Positions 24,401 to 35,408 of a stretch of DNA of 64,000 nt are shown piece by piece (positions within the stretch are counted from its first letter, which is position 1; every line of letters starts with the position of its first letter). Source of the stretch: Eimeria praecox (taxonomy: Eukaryota); the NCBI GenBank assembly GCA_963920595.1, contig OY986950.1:4402001-4466000 (forward strand). The letters are read 5' to 3'. A model generated the notes under the pieces. That model did no database searches and was not told where the DNA came from. It saw only the letters and a list, made by a program, of their open reading frames with translations. The translations under genes and the position numbers were made by a program.

Positions 24401-27400
24401 GAGTAGTTCCTTGCCTGCTTTGGGAGGCAACGGCTTCTTTCCTAGAGAAGACTCCAGCTTTTTTGGTGGCGGGCCTTTGCCGCCAACAAAGGTTTTTGTC
24501 GCTCCTGGTTCTTGTTCACCATTTGCAATTTTAGCCGCAGGCGACAATACGCCTCCAACTTTGCTGACCACCTCACCGGTCTCCTCTGGTGATGGCTTGC
24601 CAGCCTCTTCGCCAGCCGGAAGTGCCACAGCAGCAGGCTTAGCAGAACTAGCCTGTCCTCGCCTCGGCAGCGGTGGTGGGGGCTTGCTATCACTTGGCAG
24701 CGACTTCCCTGGACCTTTCTGCTCCACGGCCTTTTTTGTTGTCAGCGGCATTGCAGAGGGCTGCGCTGCTGATCCGGCAGCAGCGGCCACCTCCTTTTCC
24801 AGGTCCCGAACCCTCTCCCTAAGTTCGTTGCGTTCCTGCAGTACAGCTTCTATTTCGCTGGCCGTCAGCAGTTGCCCCTTACCAGCTGACTTGGTCTCTT
24901 CGAGATCTTTTTGCTGCCCCGCTTTACTTTGCAGTTCTCTTAGTTGTTCTTTCAACGCTTCTGTTTCCTTTTCCAGGGCTTCATGAGCAGCCCGTAGCTC
25001 CTCGCTAGCCCTAAGCTGCTCCTGCAGCCGTCTAATGTCCTTCTCGAGCGCTTCTGCGGCCGCCGCTTTTGCCTTCAAGACCTCCACGTCGGCCTGCAGC
25101 TCTGCAGGGGCATTCGGCTGGTTCGCCTCTGAGACAGCAGTTTGAGTCTTCCCTACAGGCTTGTCACCTGCGGGGCGAAGCCCTGTTGATTTCTCTGGGG
25201 ATTTAACTGCATTGAGCTTTGCCTGCAAGCTCTCGTTCTCCTTCTGCAGAGCCTCATACGCCTTCTGTAGCTCCTCCCTTGCCGCCAACTGCTCCTTCAA
25301 GTCAGTCACCTCCTTCTCCAGCTTCTGCTTGGCCTCCATCGAGAAGACCCCCTCTGCTAGCAAAGGGGACTCCACGGGCGGCGCCTTCTTTGGCGGCGCC
25401 GGAACCTTCGTGCCCTTTGCCAACGCCTTAGGCACTGTCGTTTCTGCCTTCTCCGCACCTTCTTTCGAATCAGCAGTGCTTCTAGCTACTGCGACTCCGG
25501 CCGGTGCAGTGGCAGTTGACAGAGGAGGTGCAGCTTCATTTCCATTTGACACACCGGGGTCATCAGAAGGGGTTTTGGCATCCACAGCCAGCGCTGAGCT
25601 AGCCAGAGGTGCTTCTGATCTCTTGGTAAACGCAGGCTCTGCCTTCACCTTCGCAAAAGAACCAGGCCCCTCCGGCGAAGGGGCTTTCACTGCTTTGGGC
25701 TGCAGTGAAGCGGGCAGTTTCTTGTTCACTGGAGGTCCCCCTTTCATCGAAAGTGAAGCCTTAGCCCCAGCATCAGCAGCAGGAACAACAGCCCCCGCAG
25801 GCGGTGTTTCGGCTACGGCCTTCGCCACTTTCGGCGGCAACGGTCTACGCTTTGCCTCTGCCACCGCAGGCTCTGCAGTAACGGTGGAGGCACTTCGTGC
25901 TCCATCATCTCCAGGAAGCGTCTCTGGGTGGTCAGTTGTGCTAAGAACTGCCGCAGTTTTCCCCACCTTCGAAGCCGGCGCTGGCGGCTTTTTGCTTGGT
26001 GAAGGCTGTGAAGCCTGTGGGGCGGACGTGAGGGAAGGAATGCTCTTGGAGGCTGGTGGGGCCTTCGTTGGACTTCTCGCGGACGCGCGAAGAGCTGCGA
26101 GTTCTTCTTCAAGGGCCCGCACTTTTTCCTGCAAAGCTTGCCGCTCTTTTACCAATTCCGCTACTTCCATAGCAGTGAGCGTCGTCTCTTCACTGCTGGT
26201 GTCATCGGGACCCTTAACCGATGAACCAGTACGCCCCTCACTCTTCATCTTAAAGGCTTCATATTCACTTTTGAGCTTCTTGGCCTCTTCCGCAAGAGCT
26301 GCATAATTGTCCTTACTCTTCTGCTCATCTGCTAGCTGTTGTCTCAGTGTAGCGACCTCCTGCTTAGCATTATCAAGCTCGGCACGCAACTGCGCAGCTG
26401 CCACTTCCCCAGCAGAGGCTGAGGCCTCTTCTGCTGGGCCCTTCGCCAGCGGCACAGCTGGATTCTCAGGCCTTGCTTTGCAAACCGGCAGTGCCTTGGG
26501 GCCCTGCACCAGCTGTTTATCTGCGGCCACCTTGTCTAAGGTGGCCGCTTTCTGCGAATCTCGGAGGACGGCCAGCTCTTGCTCCAGCCCCTTCACCTTC
26601 TCGGCTAGCATGTCCCGTTCTTTGGCCACAGCTTCAAAGTTACCATGCGGATCTGAGACAGCAGTGTGAGCCTTCCCTACAGGCTTGTCACCTGCGGGGC
26701 GAAGCCCTGTTGATTTCTCTGGGGATTTAACTGCATTGAGCTTTGCCTGCAAGCTCTCGTTCTCCTTCTGCAGAGCCTCATACGCCTTCTGTAGCTCCTC
26801 CCTTGCCGCCAACTGCTCCTTCAAGTCAGTCACCTCCTTCTCCAGCTTCTGCTTGGCCTCCATCGAGAAGACCCCCTCTGCTAGCAAAGGGGACTCCACG
26901 GGCGGCGCCTTCTTTGGCGGCGCCGGAACCTTCGTGCCCTTTGCCAACGCCTTAGGCACTGTCGTTTCTGCCTTCTCCGCACCTTCTTTCGAGTCAGCAG
27001 TGCTTCTAGCTACTGCGACTCCGGCCGGTGCAGTGGCAGTTGACAGAGGAGGTGCAGCTTCATTTCCATTTGACACACCGGGGTCATCAGAAGGGGTTTT
27101 GGCATCCACAGCCAGCGCTGAGCTAGCCAGAGGTGCTTCTGATCTCTTGGTAAACGCAGGCTCTGCCTTCACCTTCGCAAAAGAACCAGGCCCCTCCGGC
27201 GAAGGGGCTTTCACTGCTTTGGGCTGCAGTGAAGCGGGCAGTTTCTTGTTCACTGGAGGTCCCCCTTTCATCGAAAGTGAAGCCTTAGCCCCAGCATCAG
27301 CAGCAGGAACAACAGCCCCCGCAGGCGGTGTTTCGGCTACGGCCTTCGCCACTTTCGGCGGCAACGGTCTACGCTTTGCCTCTGCCACCGCAGGCTCTGC

Positions 27401-29761
27401 AGTAACGGTGGAGGCACTTCGTGCTCCATCATCTCCAGGAAGCGTCTCTGGGTGGTCAGTTGTGCTAAGAACTGCCGCAGTTTTTCCCAACTTCGAAGCC
27501 GGCGCTGGCGGCTTTTTGCTTGGTGAAGGCTGTGAAGCCTGTGGGGCGGACGTGAGGGATGGAATGCTCTTGGAGGCTGGTAGGGCCTTCGTTGGACTTC
27601 TCGCGGACGCGCGAAGAGCTGCGAGTTCTTCTTCAAGGGCCCGCACTTTTTCCTGCAAAGCTTGCCGCTCTTTTACCAATTCCGCTACTTCCGTAGCAGT
27701 GAGCGTCGTCTCTTCACTGCTGGTGTCATCGGGACCCTTCACCGATGGCTTCTTGGGGCCCTTTCCTTGCGTTTGTAGGGATTCGGCTTCCCCCCGCAGC
27801 TTCGTCAGTTCCTCCTGGAGAGCTGCAACTTCCTTCCTGAGGCCTTCGCGTTCCTGTGCCATCGCGGTGCTATCAGTCTGCTTGTCCTGAGCTTCGGGCC
27901 CCTCGGGAGAGACGGGCGGACTCTGTCTCGCGCTCATTTGATCCCTGAGAGTTTGCGCTTCCTTCTGTAGGGCCTCGTAGGCCGTCTTAAGCTCCTCGCT
28001 GGCGTGCAGCTTCTCTTTGAGGGTAGCGACGGCCTTCTCGAGCTGCGTCGCCTCTGCCGCTCTCGCACTCAGTCGTTTGATATCCATCTCCAGCTTCAAG
28101 GCCGTAGCCTTGTAGCTGTCGCGTTCTGATGTAAGAGTCGATATGTCGGAAGCAGGCGGAGAGGCGAGGCCCCCAGGAGAAGCAACCTTCCTGACGCCAT
28201 CCCCTGTCGCTGCCTCCTTCGCTGCCAACAGCTGAGCGCTCAGATCGGCGCACTGCTGGCGCGACTCGTCGAGCTCTTGCCGGAGCTTCGCAGTCTCGTG
28301 AACGGAGCTTCTCATACTTTCCAACGTTTGAGAGTGTTGCGCCTCCATTTCCGCCAACTCCGCCGCATGCTGCTCTGCCTGTGCAGTCAGCTTGGCCTCC
28401 GCAGCTGTTACCGCCTCCGCTAGTTCTTGCTCAAGACGCTGACGCTCTGAGGTAGCCAGGTCGAGGGCGGCCTGCAGGGTTTCCAGCACCTTCTTCATCC
28501 GAGTGCATTCATTTTCAGCGGCTTCTGCGCGCCTTTCACTCTCTCTCAAGGCCCCTTTGAGCTGCCCCTCCCCCGCGCCATCAGAAAATGCGGGCCGAGA
28601 GGGACTGGCAGAGGCAGCAGCGGCAACAGCGGCAGCAGCGGCAGAAGCCGCAGCAGCGCTCGTAAGTCTCTCCAGCTGAGTCTTTGTAGCAGCAAGTTGC
28701 TGTTCCGCAGCAGCCGCCCGCGCCTCCGCCAGGGCTGCTCGGGCCTGGGCCTGCCGCGCCTCACTCACAGCCTCTGCCTCTCTCAATTCTGCTGCCATCA
28801 AGAGGTCTTCCTTCGTCGTCTTTTCATGCCCGTCTTCGGCAGCTGTTTCCACGTCCCCTTCAGAGTCGGCGACCGCGTAGGCATCCTCCAAATCCTTAGT
28901 AAAGTCGGGAGCCAGAGGCACCTTCTTCGTTACTGCTGCTTCCGCCACTCTCTTACGCCACAAAGCCACCAGAGCAGGTGCGTCTTTGGCGTGAATCATT
29001 CTATTGTGGCTGGTGAGCCACGCATAGGCGTCGGCGAATGAGCGGCTCCTCAGCTCCAGCTCTACGATTACCTGCCGGTCCTTTTCCACCTGCCTCTGCA
29101 GCCGCCTGTTGCTCTCCAGGGCAGCCGCACACTCTCTTTGGGCCTTCACTAATGCTGCACTTTGTAGCACCCGGGCGTCGCTAGAGATGAAGGTCTCCAA
29201 GTACGAGTTCTCTTCGGCCAAACGACGTGCAAGCAGAACTAACTCCTCTACGCCCAGTGACTCCACGTGCGGCAAGCCTCCCTTTTGAAGCTTCTGGATG
29301 CTGTTCTTGGAAATGCGCTGAGCCTGCATCTTGCGCGACTCTCCTTCGCTAAACAGCCGAGACGTTAGCGTCCGCAGGTGGCTAAACAAGGGTAAGGAGT
29401 CTGAGGACTTGACGGCCGATTCCAGGGACGCCGTTAACCACTCAGCATGCCTTATGGGCCCCTTAGCGCTCGCGCTAAGTGTCTCGCCTTGGCCTATGGG
29501 AAGAGCTGCCGAGGTACCCCTCCGCCGCTCCACAGCAGCGGCCAGCGGCCACTCCTGGGGCTTTGTTACCCTCCCCCCAAAACTGTTCCATGTTGACGTC
29601 CGCAGAGTACGTCGCTCTCGAAAGCAAGTATTCTTGCGGGGTCCCCCCGGGACGTGCAGGTCCTGTCGCTGTGCCTCTTCGAGAAAGTACGGCAGGATGA
29701 AGGTGTCATTGACTGCCTTTATCGCCAAGTCAGGGCCCCCTTCATCCCGGGGTTGCTCCAT
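21464..29761 (-). CDS. Very large single-exon coiled-coil / Pro-Lys-rich protein (~2765 aa)
   Basis: Uninterrupted 8.3-kb ORF with first ATG at 29761. Heptad-rich segments alternate with PxxP/poly-Pro low-complexity linkers. Acidic/poly-Lys C-terminus. Confidence 0.9.
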   Translation of the reverse strand: MEQPRDEGGPDLAIKAVNDTFILPYFLEEAQRQDLHVPGGPRKNTCFRERRTLRTSTWNSFGGRVTKPQEWPLAAAVERRRGTSAALPIGQGETLSASAKGPIRHAEWLTASLESAVKSSDSLPLFSHLRTLTSRLFSEGESRKMQAQRISKNSIQKLQKGGLPHVESLGVEELVLLARRLAEENSYLETFISSDARVLQSAALVKAQRECAAALESNRRLQRQVEKDRQVIVELELRSRSFADAYAWLTSHNRMIHAKDAPALVALWRKRVAEAAVTKKVPLAPDFTKDLEDAYAVADSEGDVETAAEDGHEKTTKEDLLMAAELREAEAVSEARQAQARAALAEARAAAAEQQLAATKTQLERLTSAAAASAAAAAVAAAASASPSRPAFSDGAGEGQLKGALRESERRAEAAENECTRMKKVLETLQAALDLATSERQRLEQELAEAVTAAEAKLTAQAEQHAAELAEMEAQHSQTLESMRSSVHETAKLRQELDESRQQCADLSAQLLAAKEAATGDGVRKVASPGGLASPPASDISTLTSERDSYKATALKLEMDIKRLSARAAEATQLEKAVATLKEKLHASEELKTAYEALQKEAQTLRDQMSARQSPPVSPEGPEAQDKQTDSTAMAQEREGLRKEVAALQEELTKLRGEAESLQTQGKGPKKPSVKGPDDTSSEETTLTATEVAELVKERQALQEKVRALEEELAALRASARSPTKALPASKSIPSLTSAPQASQPSPSKKPPAPASKLGKTAAVLSTTDHPETLPGDDGARSASTVTAEPAVAEAKRRPLPPKVAKAVAETPPAGAVVPAADAGAKASLSMKGGPPVNKKLPASLQPKAVKAPSPEGPGSFAKVKAEPAFTKRSEAPLASSALAVDAKTPSDDPGVSNGNEAAPPLSTATAPAGVAVARSTADSKEGAEKAETTVPKALAKGTKVPAPPKKAPPVESPLLAEGVFSMEAKQKLEKEVTDLKEQLAAREELQKAYEALQKENESLQAKLNAVKSPEKSTGLRPAGDKPVGKAHTAVSDPHGNFEAVAKERDMLAEKVKGLEQELAVLRDSQKAATLDKVAADKQLVQGPKALPVCKARPENPAVPLAKGPAEEASASAGEVAAAQLRAELDNAKQEVATLRQQLADEQKSKDNYAALAEEAKKLKSEYEAFKMKSEGRTGSSVKGPDDTSSEETTLTAMEVAELVKERQALQEKVRALEEELAALRASARSPTKAPPASKSIPSLTSAPQASQPSPSKKPPAPASKVGKTAAVLSTTDHPETLPGDDGARSASTVTAEPAVAEAKRRPLPPKVAKAVAETPPAGAVVPAADAGAKASLSMKGGPPVNKKLPASLQPKAVKAPSPEGPGSFAKVKAEPAFTKRSEAPLASSALAVDAKTPSDDPGVSNGNEAAPPLSTATAPAGVAVARSTADSKEGAEKAETTVPKALAKGTKVPAPPKKAPPVESPLLAEGVFSMEAKQKLEKEVTDLKEQLAAREELQKAYEALQKENESLQAKLNAVKSPEKSTGLRPAGDKPVGKTQTAVSEANQPNAPAELQADVEVLKAKAAAAEALEKDIRRLQEQLRASEELRAAHEALEKETEALKEQLRELQSKAGQQKDLEETKSAGKGQLLTASEIEAVLQERNELRERVRDLEKEVAAAAGSAAQPSAMPLTTKKAVEQKGPGKSLPSDSKPPPPLPRRGQASSAKPAAVALPAGEEAGKPSPEETGEVVSKVGGVLSPAAKIANGEQEPGATKTFVGGKGPPPKKLESSLGKKPLPPKAGKELLLSKKAEGSEGPAEPLRKSTKKAPPPPPKPAENDTKVPPPPKKAPPVVSTSGDRVELNGESASNLEQEIASLRERLAAAEGLKKTHESLQKEFEALQEELKALKTQAKASGTEEKAQTSEAEILEPQETEQLRKERNTLRERVAALEAELSTLRAAGAQVVTIPKTKGSLPSKVKPGKPPLPAKVPTQAISTAKDVLISGAAGDGKDEGPVISAGAEAAKEETHHEAKLGSPSMKGVALEGRLNKESLLTEEVLSKSDAETEEGDSEGESSPAEERVAELTERLYRAKRRVRNLVIKCNALVEMEKEREALRNQLESLKAKHEANIKLHEKEAKDKPAMTVVDKAEDSATMLKPASAVTLPSSAVASTVADDLEGMSTMKTGLTTQSSSALLDVRPPADWAAKYEKLKAQRDKVYQAYKAQKERITSLEEEEAITKERLEKLERLYRDTKEELDIATRPPQQVEETESTGILSWLGGGAHEAKNPEEQKLRARVELLQQRLQKALAENDALSSKLAQLRTTPTGSPRGEASVGDEATTRGPQRRASEHLLPDAAVKEAGHASFAKAPPTTPPGPVSGEGTEGNSLAELQEQIKQKDAQIKEYKAEILELKASAAPVSDAASVAAELAKKQEELQTKASELEKVTEEALKKETLIREKTKEIESLKARLESLEKEKLQVLSDNSALKKELERVQKELEALKAETSGPPPTKEKPKPQPSGGANSSPGKAVQRAPSIAKRMPGLPPPPASKVDRPGTAAVSAGATREEQQAADQKPTKTAVAGPTGDQLKKPSQHLKGRDENDEDPSHSEASGTETVSKKKLKKKTAESDGDSKPSKSPEEDDGGAKKKKKKKKKGETSEERSAQHSEVENAAEAVGETTATADAPTGWGFGLFGNNQGTNDASKGDTAAKDASSSAPRPSLLGMIVGGDRAEETPKENEVPPLKLSTVEGAEDQSDDSSSDDGETDGGIASTIAGFFWGI
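25128..27746. repeat. Near-identical in-frame internal duplication (~1095 bp, offset 1524 bp)
   Basis: 25128-26222 is almost identical to 26652-27746 with only a few substitutions. Matching antisense ORFs start at 25161 and 26685. Confidence 0.95.
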
Positions 29762-30864
29762 AGTCACAGCTTAACCAATGTCACATGCGCTAGTTGACTG
29801 AATAGCGGCGACACCCCTCATATAAACTGCTGTGGCCCGGAGTTCAGGGCGAATTGAGGTGCTGCTCGGCAGGTCATTATTCCCTGGGTCTCTACTAAGA
29901 GACAGGCCGCTCCACATACGAACTGCCGAAGTCCATAAACCATGGAATGAGTGTTAATTTCAAAAGTGCTAGTTGCAGTGAGCGAAAACCCCCCAAGGAA
30001 GGCAGGCACTCCCTTCGGACCAGCAGGCGATGCTGAGTACGGTCGCGGCGGCGTGGATTAAATAATCGTAGGCAATCACGGGTTAAATGGTGATGCGTCT
30101 AGCAACACCTGCTATTTCAAATCAAAGCACAAGGTTACCAAGGCCCGAGAGTCAAATTCAAGAACACCGCTATCGTCTCACACTTCGATGATCTGGTTCA
30201 GCTGCGCTGCATGGTGTAGCCACGTTCTCCGCTCTGGTCTCCGTCTTTAGGTCCGCTATAGCGTCTTTAGGTCCGCTGTATCGATGGCTTGTGCATGCAG
30301 AAAGTGAATAATTTATTCCCAGCTAAGTACAATACAGTTTTACAATGCTGTCGGTTCAAGTAACAGCTGTGCCCAGCAGTGCTGCGTCTGGGCCCCCTTG
30401 AGCCCTGGTATATTCGACACGTGCATTGCGTCTGTTGAGCAGCATGCTTCCGCAACAGTACAGTCAAACTCCCCATTTAGCTCATGTACAAATTAAGAGC
30501 AGGAGGCTTCTAAAGTGTTTTATCCTATACTTTCCCGTGTACGCAGCTGCCCCAACAATCACTGGAAACTTGGTAGGGGGCTTCGCCTAGCATGCAGAAG
30601 CTGACGGGTATAATTAGCCTCCTCAGGGTCGAACGAGACGGAGAGCCGCCAATAGATGGCTTAAAGCACGGCTACAGAGCCTTTTCCCTAGGCCCTGCTC
30701 TGTAATCAGCAAAGAGGCAGCTGTATAGTACCTGTAGCATTCCACGCCCAGCATATGCTATATTATAGTACTCACAGCATCTTAGGGAACCGTTGGAAAC
30801 TGGTTTGCCGCAGGGTGCCTCTGGGGCTGTTTCCTTAGATTGCATCCCCTTTCCCCTCGCAACG

Positions 30865-32233
30865 ATGGACGCGCACGCAAACAGCTTCAGCAACGAGTTC
30901 CATGAGGCGCTGAGGGAAGCGCTTTCAGAATGCGTGAAGCAGCGGCCAGCTGACCCATTCAAGTTCATAGCGGGTAGGATTTGGCCAGTATAGGCCAGTA
31001 TAGTCAGTATAGAGTACCACTCTTTGTGTGGTTGAACGAATGCTAGAGACGGTACTATGTAGCAGGGCGGTCAGCTTGTGCTGAATCGTTGCAGCAACAG
31101 CTTCACTTACTCTGCTTGTTAAAGATATAAAACTGTGAAGACAGTGCAATGCAGCAGATGGACCTAATCAGGAGAGTTTATCGAGTAGCCAGTAAAGGGG
31201 GCTGGAGCCTTGCGCTGCCTTGTGGCAACGAGCTCCGTAGGGCTGCAAAAGGCAAATCAAAGGGTGAAAGCTCTTAACTAATTGCGCCGATGCTAGGGAA
31301 TCTGCATCCCACTTTCCTGGGGATGTTTGTCAATATGTCTTCAGATTTCCTTCAAAATGAGAGCCATTATTCGAGGCAGTGAGGCACTAGAGAGAAGACC
31401 GTTTTCCACAGCTGCAACCACAATCTGCTTAGTTGACGCCCTTGCCGTAGCTGCCAGTGGACGGCAACAGCGGGCCAAACACTGCAGCGCTTCCCAACAG
31501 ACGTTCAGATTCCGCCTGCAACGCTGGTGTGTTGGCTTTTTGCAAGGGAGTACCGCACGATCCTGGACGCCGTCAAAGGACGAACTGAGACGAATTCATC
31601 TATTTGATTACCATACAAGTCATGAAATGGGGGAACGGTCCAACATTTTAATGGCTGAGTCGGCCTACAAGGCGTACGTAAGTAACCACTTTGGTGCTGC
31701 GACCTAGAAAAGAGTAAAATGTACTTCATCACAATCATCTTCCCTAGTGAAACGAATTTTAAGCCAACCCGGAAGTGGGAATAGGAAAGCCTCTCCGTTT
31801 CCCACCCGGCCTCAACAATTTGTGGGGCTGGGCATCCATTTGCTAACCATCAGTGAAGCCAATAGAGGCTCTGTTTTAACCGATTAACAGGTTGAGTGCC
31901 GCTCAGAATGCAGATGATGAGGAGCCGGTCGCTCCTTTGACACGCTTGGCTTATCACAGTTTTGCTGTGATAAGCCAAGCATCCTCACACGCAGATTTTA
32001 AGAAACACTTAAAGGCAGCTTCAGCCACTACAAGCTTTTTTGTCCTTGAACGTCCGACCAAAAGAGTGCCGAATGCAACCTTCACTAGCAGCATTACGCC
32101 AGATCCATTATTCTACGGGTCTGAAAGGGAAATAACTAGAGATGATAGAAGAGCAGAACATTTAGTTGCCCAAGCCAGTTTGACAATTGGGAATAGAACG
32201 GAATCCATGAGCCCTGGGACCCTGCGGGGTTGA
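30865..32233 (+). CDS. Putative Dpy-30/RIIa dimerization-docking-domain protein (spliced, structure uncertain)
   Basis: MDAHANSFSNEFHEALREALSECVKQRPADPFKFIA fits the L..AL..(C/V)..RP.DP..F.A D/D motif and is followed by a GT donor. Candidate downstream exons lie at ~31545-31676 and 31892-32233. Confidence 0.55.
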
Positions 32234-35200
32234 AATTTTTATACACATCCGAGCAGCGTGAAGGCCATCGGCATTTCGAAGCATCCAACACGCAGAAAGG
32301 GGGGGCGCAGGTAGCGCTAACCGCTTGCGTGGAACGCTGTTTCACAGCAGCCTAGTTTCTGTGGATAAGAGAGTGGTCCATTTCATATGCCATAATATAC
32401 CAGGACTCTCGTAGAGTATTTCAAGGCATCTAGTTTCGCCGAAAGCGCCTCTTCCGAAGGAACACATTCGCGACTCACAGTGTTGCCTGCCACTTAACTC
32501 CCAACCCAAAGGAAATCTGCACTGAACATCGTTAGTCAAGCGGGCTTGTCAACCAGCAAGCGAGGCTTCCCCCGCTCAAGCGACGATCAGAAGGCATTGC
32601 TTCATTCTATGGGGCAAAGGATCTTCTGTTGAGGAGACAGAGGCATCTCTTTCTGCCACGTGGTAGGCACATGCATATTTGATATGTGCAGTGCAAACCA
32701 TTCATGCTGTAGCAGCAATTTGAATGTTTTCGCCCACGTTACTCAAAAAGACGCCTTGCATTGGGTTTTGCTTTCGTCGAGTCTGGGTTATGCTCTTATA
32801 TTGTCAAGGACTTCAAAGGGTTTCAGGCAATTGCTGCAACCGCAATGCGCGTCATTATATTGCCTACTTGTTTTTTTGTTGTGTTTATTGCCTACTTGTT
32901 TTCGTCTCGGAACTTCGGCGATTTTCAATGCACATTTCCTTGGAAACGACTGAGATTATCGGAGACGATATTCCAGTTCACTAGGGAAGCATGTGTACTT
33001 GCTTAGATTCCTGAGGCCTCATTACGGTATCGCGTAATCCCTTTATTTAGTTGTGAGGTGTGCTCGGAGAAGTGCCCCGCCCTCCAGGCACGGCACCCTT
33101 CGTAAACGGCGTATATACATGTTTCTTGCATCCTAAGTTTAATAACAATGTATGGGGCCTGCCCAGCGTTGGTGGGCTTAAATGAAAATTTACATTAAAA
33201 AACTTATGAGTTCCGCGGACTAGACCTGAAGAAACGATGTGTCAGAAGGGGAGATGATATATAATCATCCTATGAAAATGTTTGCCGAAACGGTTTGGGG
33301 GCTGCTGTAGTTTAACATAAGGAAACCAGCAAGTCCTGATGCACTGTATTGTAATACAGTTGCCTTCGGTTGGGAATTCAGTTTTGAACACGCCAGTAGA
33401 GCAAAGAGTATTTTGATACGCTTATCCCTTCACCTTCTTGGAGATCTAATAATTCTATCCTCTTCCGAATTAATTTTGTGCTTGTGGCTACGAGGTCAAG
33501 AACGGCGGGCTCATAATCCTTCCAAGCCGTCAGTACTGTCCACAAAAGGCGCTCACGGCTTTTACACCAGAGTCACAAATAAAGGCCCCCTTATATAAAC
33601 AGCTGACGAATGACTTAGCGGGTGAAAAGGACAATCTACGTCCCAACTGTGAGTGACTTTTCGTCAGATTTCTTCCTAGATACCTTAGAATAAGACACTC
33701 TCCGGCATCTTGTGTTGATCACAAAGTTCGCCAACTGCGCGTTTACGTGCTGCTTCCCTGCATCCGTTCACGATAAACTCCCGTTTAGGCTTGGCTGCCC
33801 GCATTAAGAAGCTTCTCTTCTGCCAGGCGTAAGGCGCGAAAGGTTTGGCTACGCTACTGCGCAGGCTTGTCGCAGCGGCTAGCGGTTCAGCAGCAGCAGT
33901 AATCTACAAGTGCTATTGTCAAGGAAATGCGCTTTTGATGGAGAGAGACGGAGCGTGGTCCTCCTGAAGCTGGTGCATATGTTTCTACTTGGATCCAGCT
34001 TTGCTGCGAACTGCGATCCCAAACCCTAGCAATTGTCTATGGTGCTACTGCACGCATCGAAAGGAGTCTTGAGCGTGCTAGAGTGCGTAGTTTCCTTGCT
34101 GCAGCAGTTAGAGCAAGGCGTGCTACAACTCGTGAAAGGCCACTTCTCGGTTTCAATCACAAGCCTTTTTGCCTCTATCCACAAGGTGCAGGGATACAGA
34201 ATTTGAGGGCAGCTGCGGAAACTCCTATCTAAGTATTTTGACTCTTTTGCCTCTAAGGTGCACGCCTCTCGTTGATATTTAAGCTGTTCCATATTATTCT
34301 ACCTCTTAGAGCCAAAGCAACTACATCGCAGGGAGAGATGGCTTCCAAAAGGTTACATGGCTTTCACGGGCCACAGATATTGCAGAAACTGAGCAGGACG
34401 GGGCATGTCTCAGTTTCCTGCTACTTTTAAATATAGAGCTTCCCATATGAAAGGCCTTTAAACTTGAATGAGCCGTTGAAAGTGCCATCAGTGTCCTCAG
34501 GAAGTGTTGGAGTGATGTGGCAGGGTGGTGACGTTCAGCCAGCCGTTCAACTAATCAGCAAGTATCGCACCCAGCCCCTTCAAAACCGGCGAAGTTTTCA
34601 TGAAATGCAGAGCAGGCTAATTTGATAGCTGGAGCATAAGTAGATGATATTTTATGCAGAGTTGTCAGGCCTCCTACACCTCATCTCTGGGTGTGCAATT
34701 GGTCCACCCCAGAGGCAACCCTACGCGGTACAATGGTGCGAGTGGAGGCGAACTTATACTCGCAGCTGCCCTCCTCAAATCTATTTTGGTCACTTTCTAA
34801 GAACTGTGCAAAATGTCCTACACGCTAGTGCCGGCTCACCTTGAGGGGTGCTCCAGCTCAGTGCAGCGATCTAGCGATGCGTTTAAATTTTAGCAGTGAG
34901 CTCAGCAGATGAGCTGCCTGGTGCGAGATAGAGCAAAAAAACCACAATAAAAGAATACGAATATGCATTTTTCACTGAGGGGAACTATTCGCGCGGAGGA
35001 TGAATGCGTAATGCTAGCCCGCCGCTACCGATGGCTGCCGACCGATGGGGGCCGCCGGTTGAGGAATTGCTGCCTGCAGCTCAGAAGGTCATCGTGGCTC
35101 GCAGAGAACATATTCGTCCACCGCCTCATGATGCCCTTGTTTCAAAAACAATGAATACTTGAACAATCTAGAGTTTTTGTTTCGATACTGAATTCTTGGC

Positions 35201-35408
35201 TGCCAGCACCCTCAGCGGTTAGCCTTCGGCGGCCTGGTTGCGCGGTCGGCTGCGAGTTTGCGGCGAAGCGACGGCTGTCGATGCGATCATTTCGCTGCAT
35301 GGACAGAGCCAACAACTCATAACTTTCAGGGAGTGAATATCTCCCAGTTTTCTTAAACTCTTTGGGCTATTGTCCTTTTTTTTGTGGCTGACGACGAAGG
35401 CTGGTACG

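Noticed and set aside
21468..27890. Long + strand ORFs (207-401 aa) rich in Ser/Ala/Phe
   Set aside because: They are antisense shadows of the 2765-aa gene, caused by its codon usage.
30242..30283. 21-bp tandem duplication (cgtctttaggtccgctatag)
   Set aside because: Two copies only, consistent with ordinary slippage.
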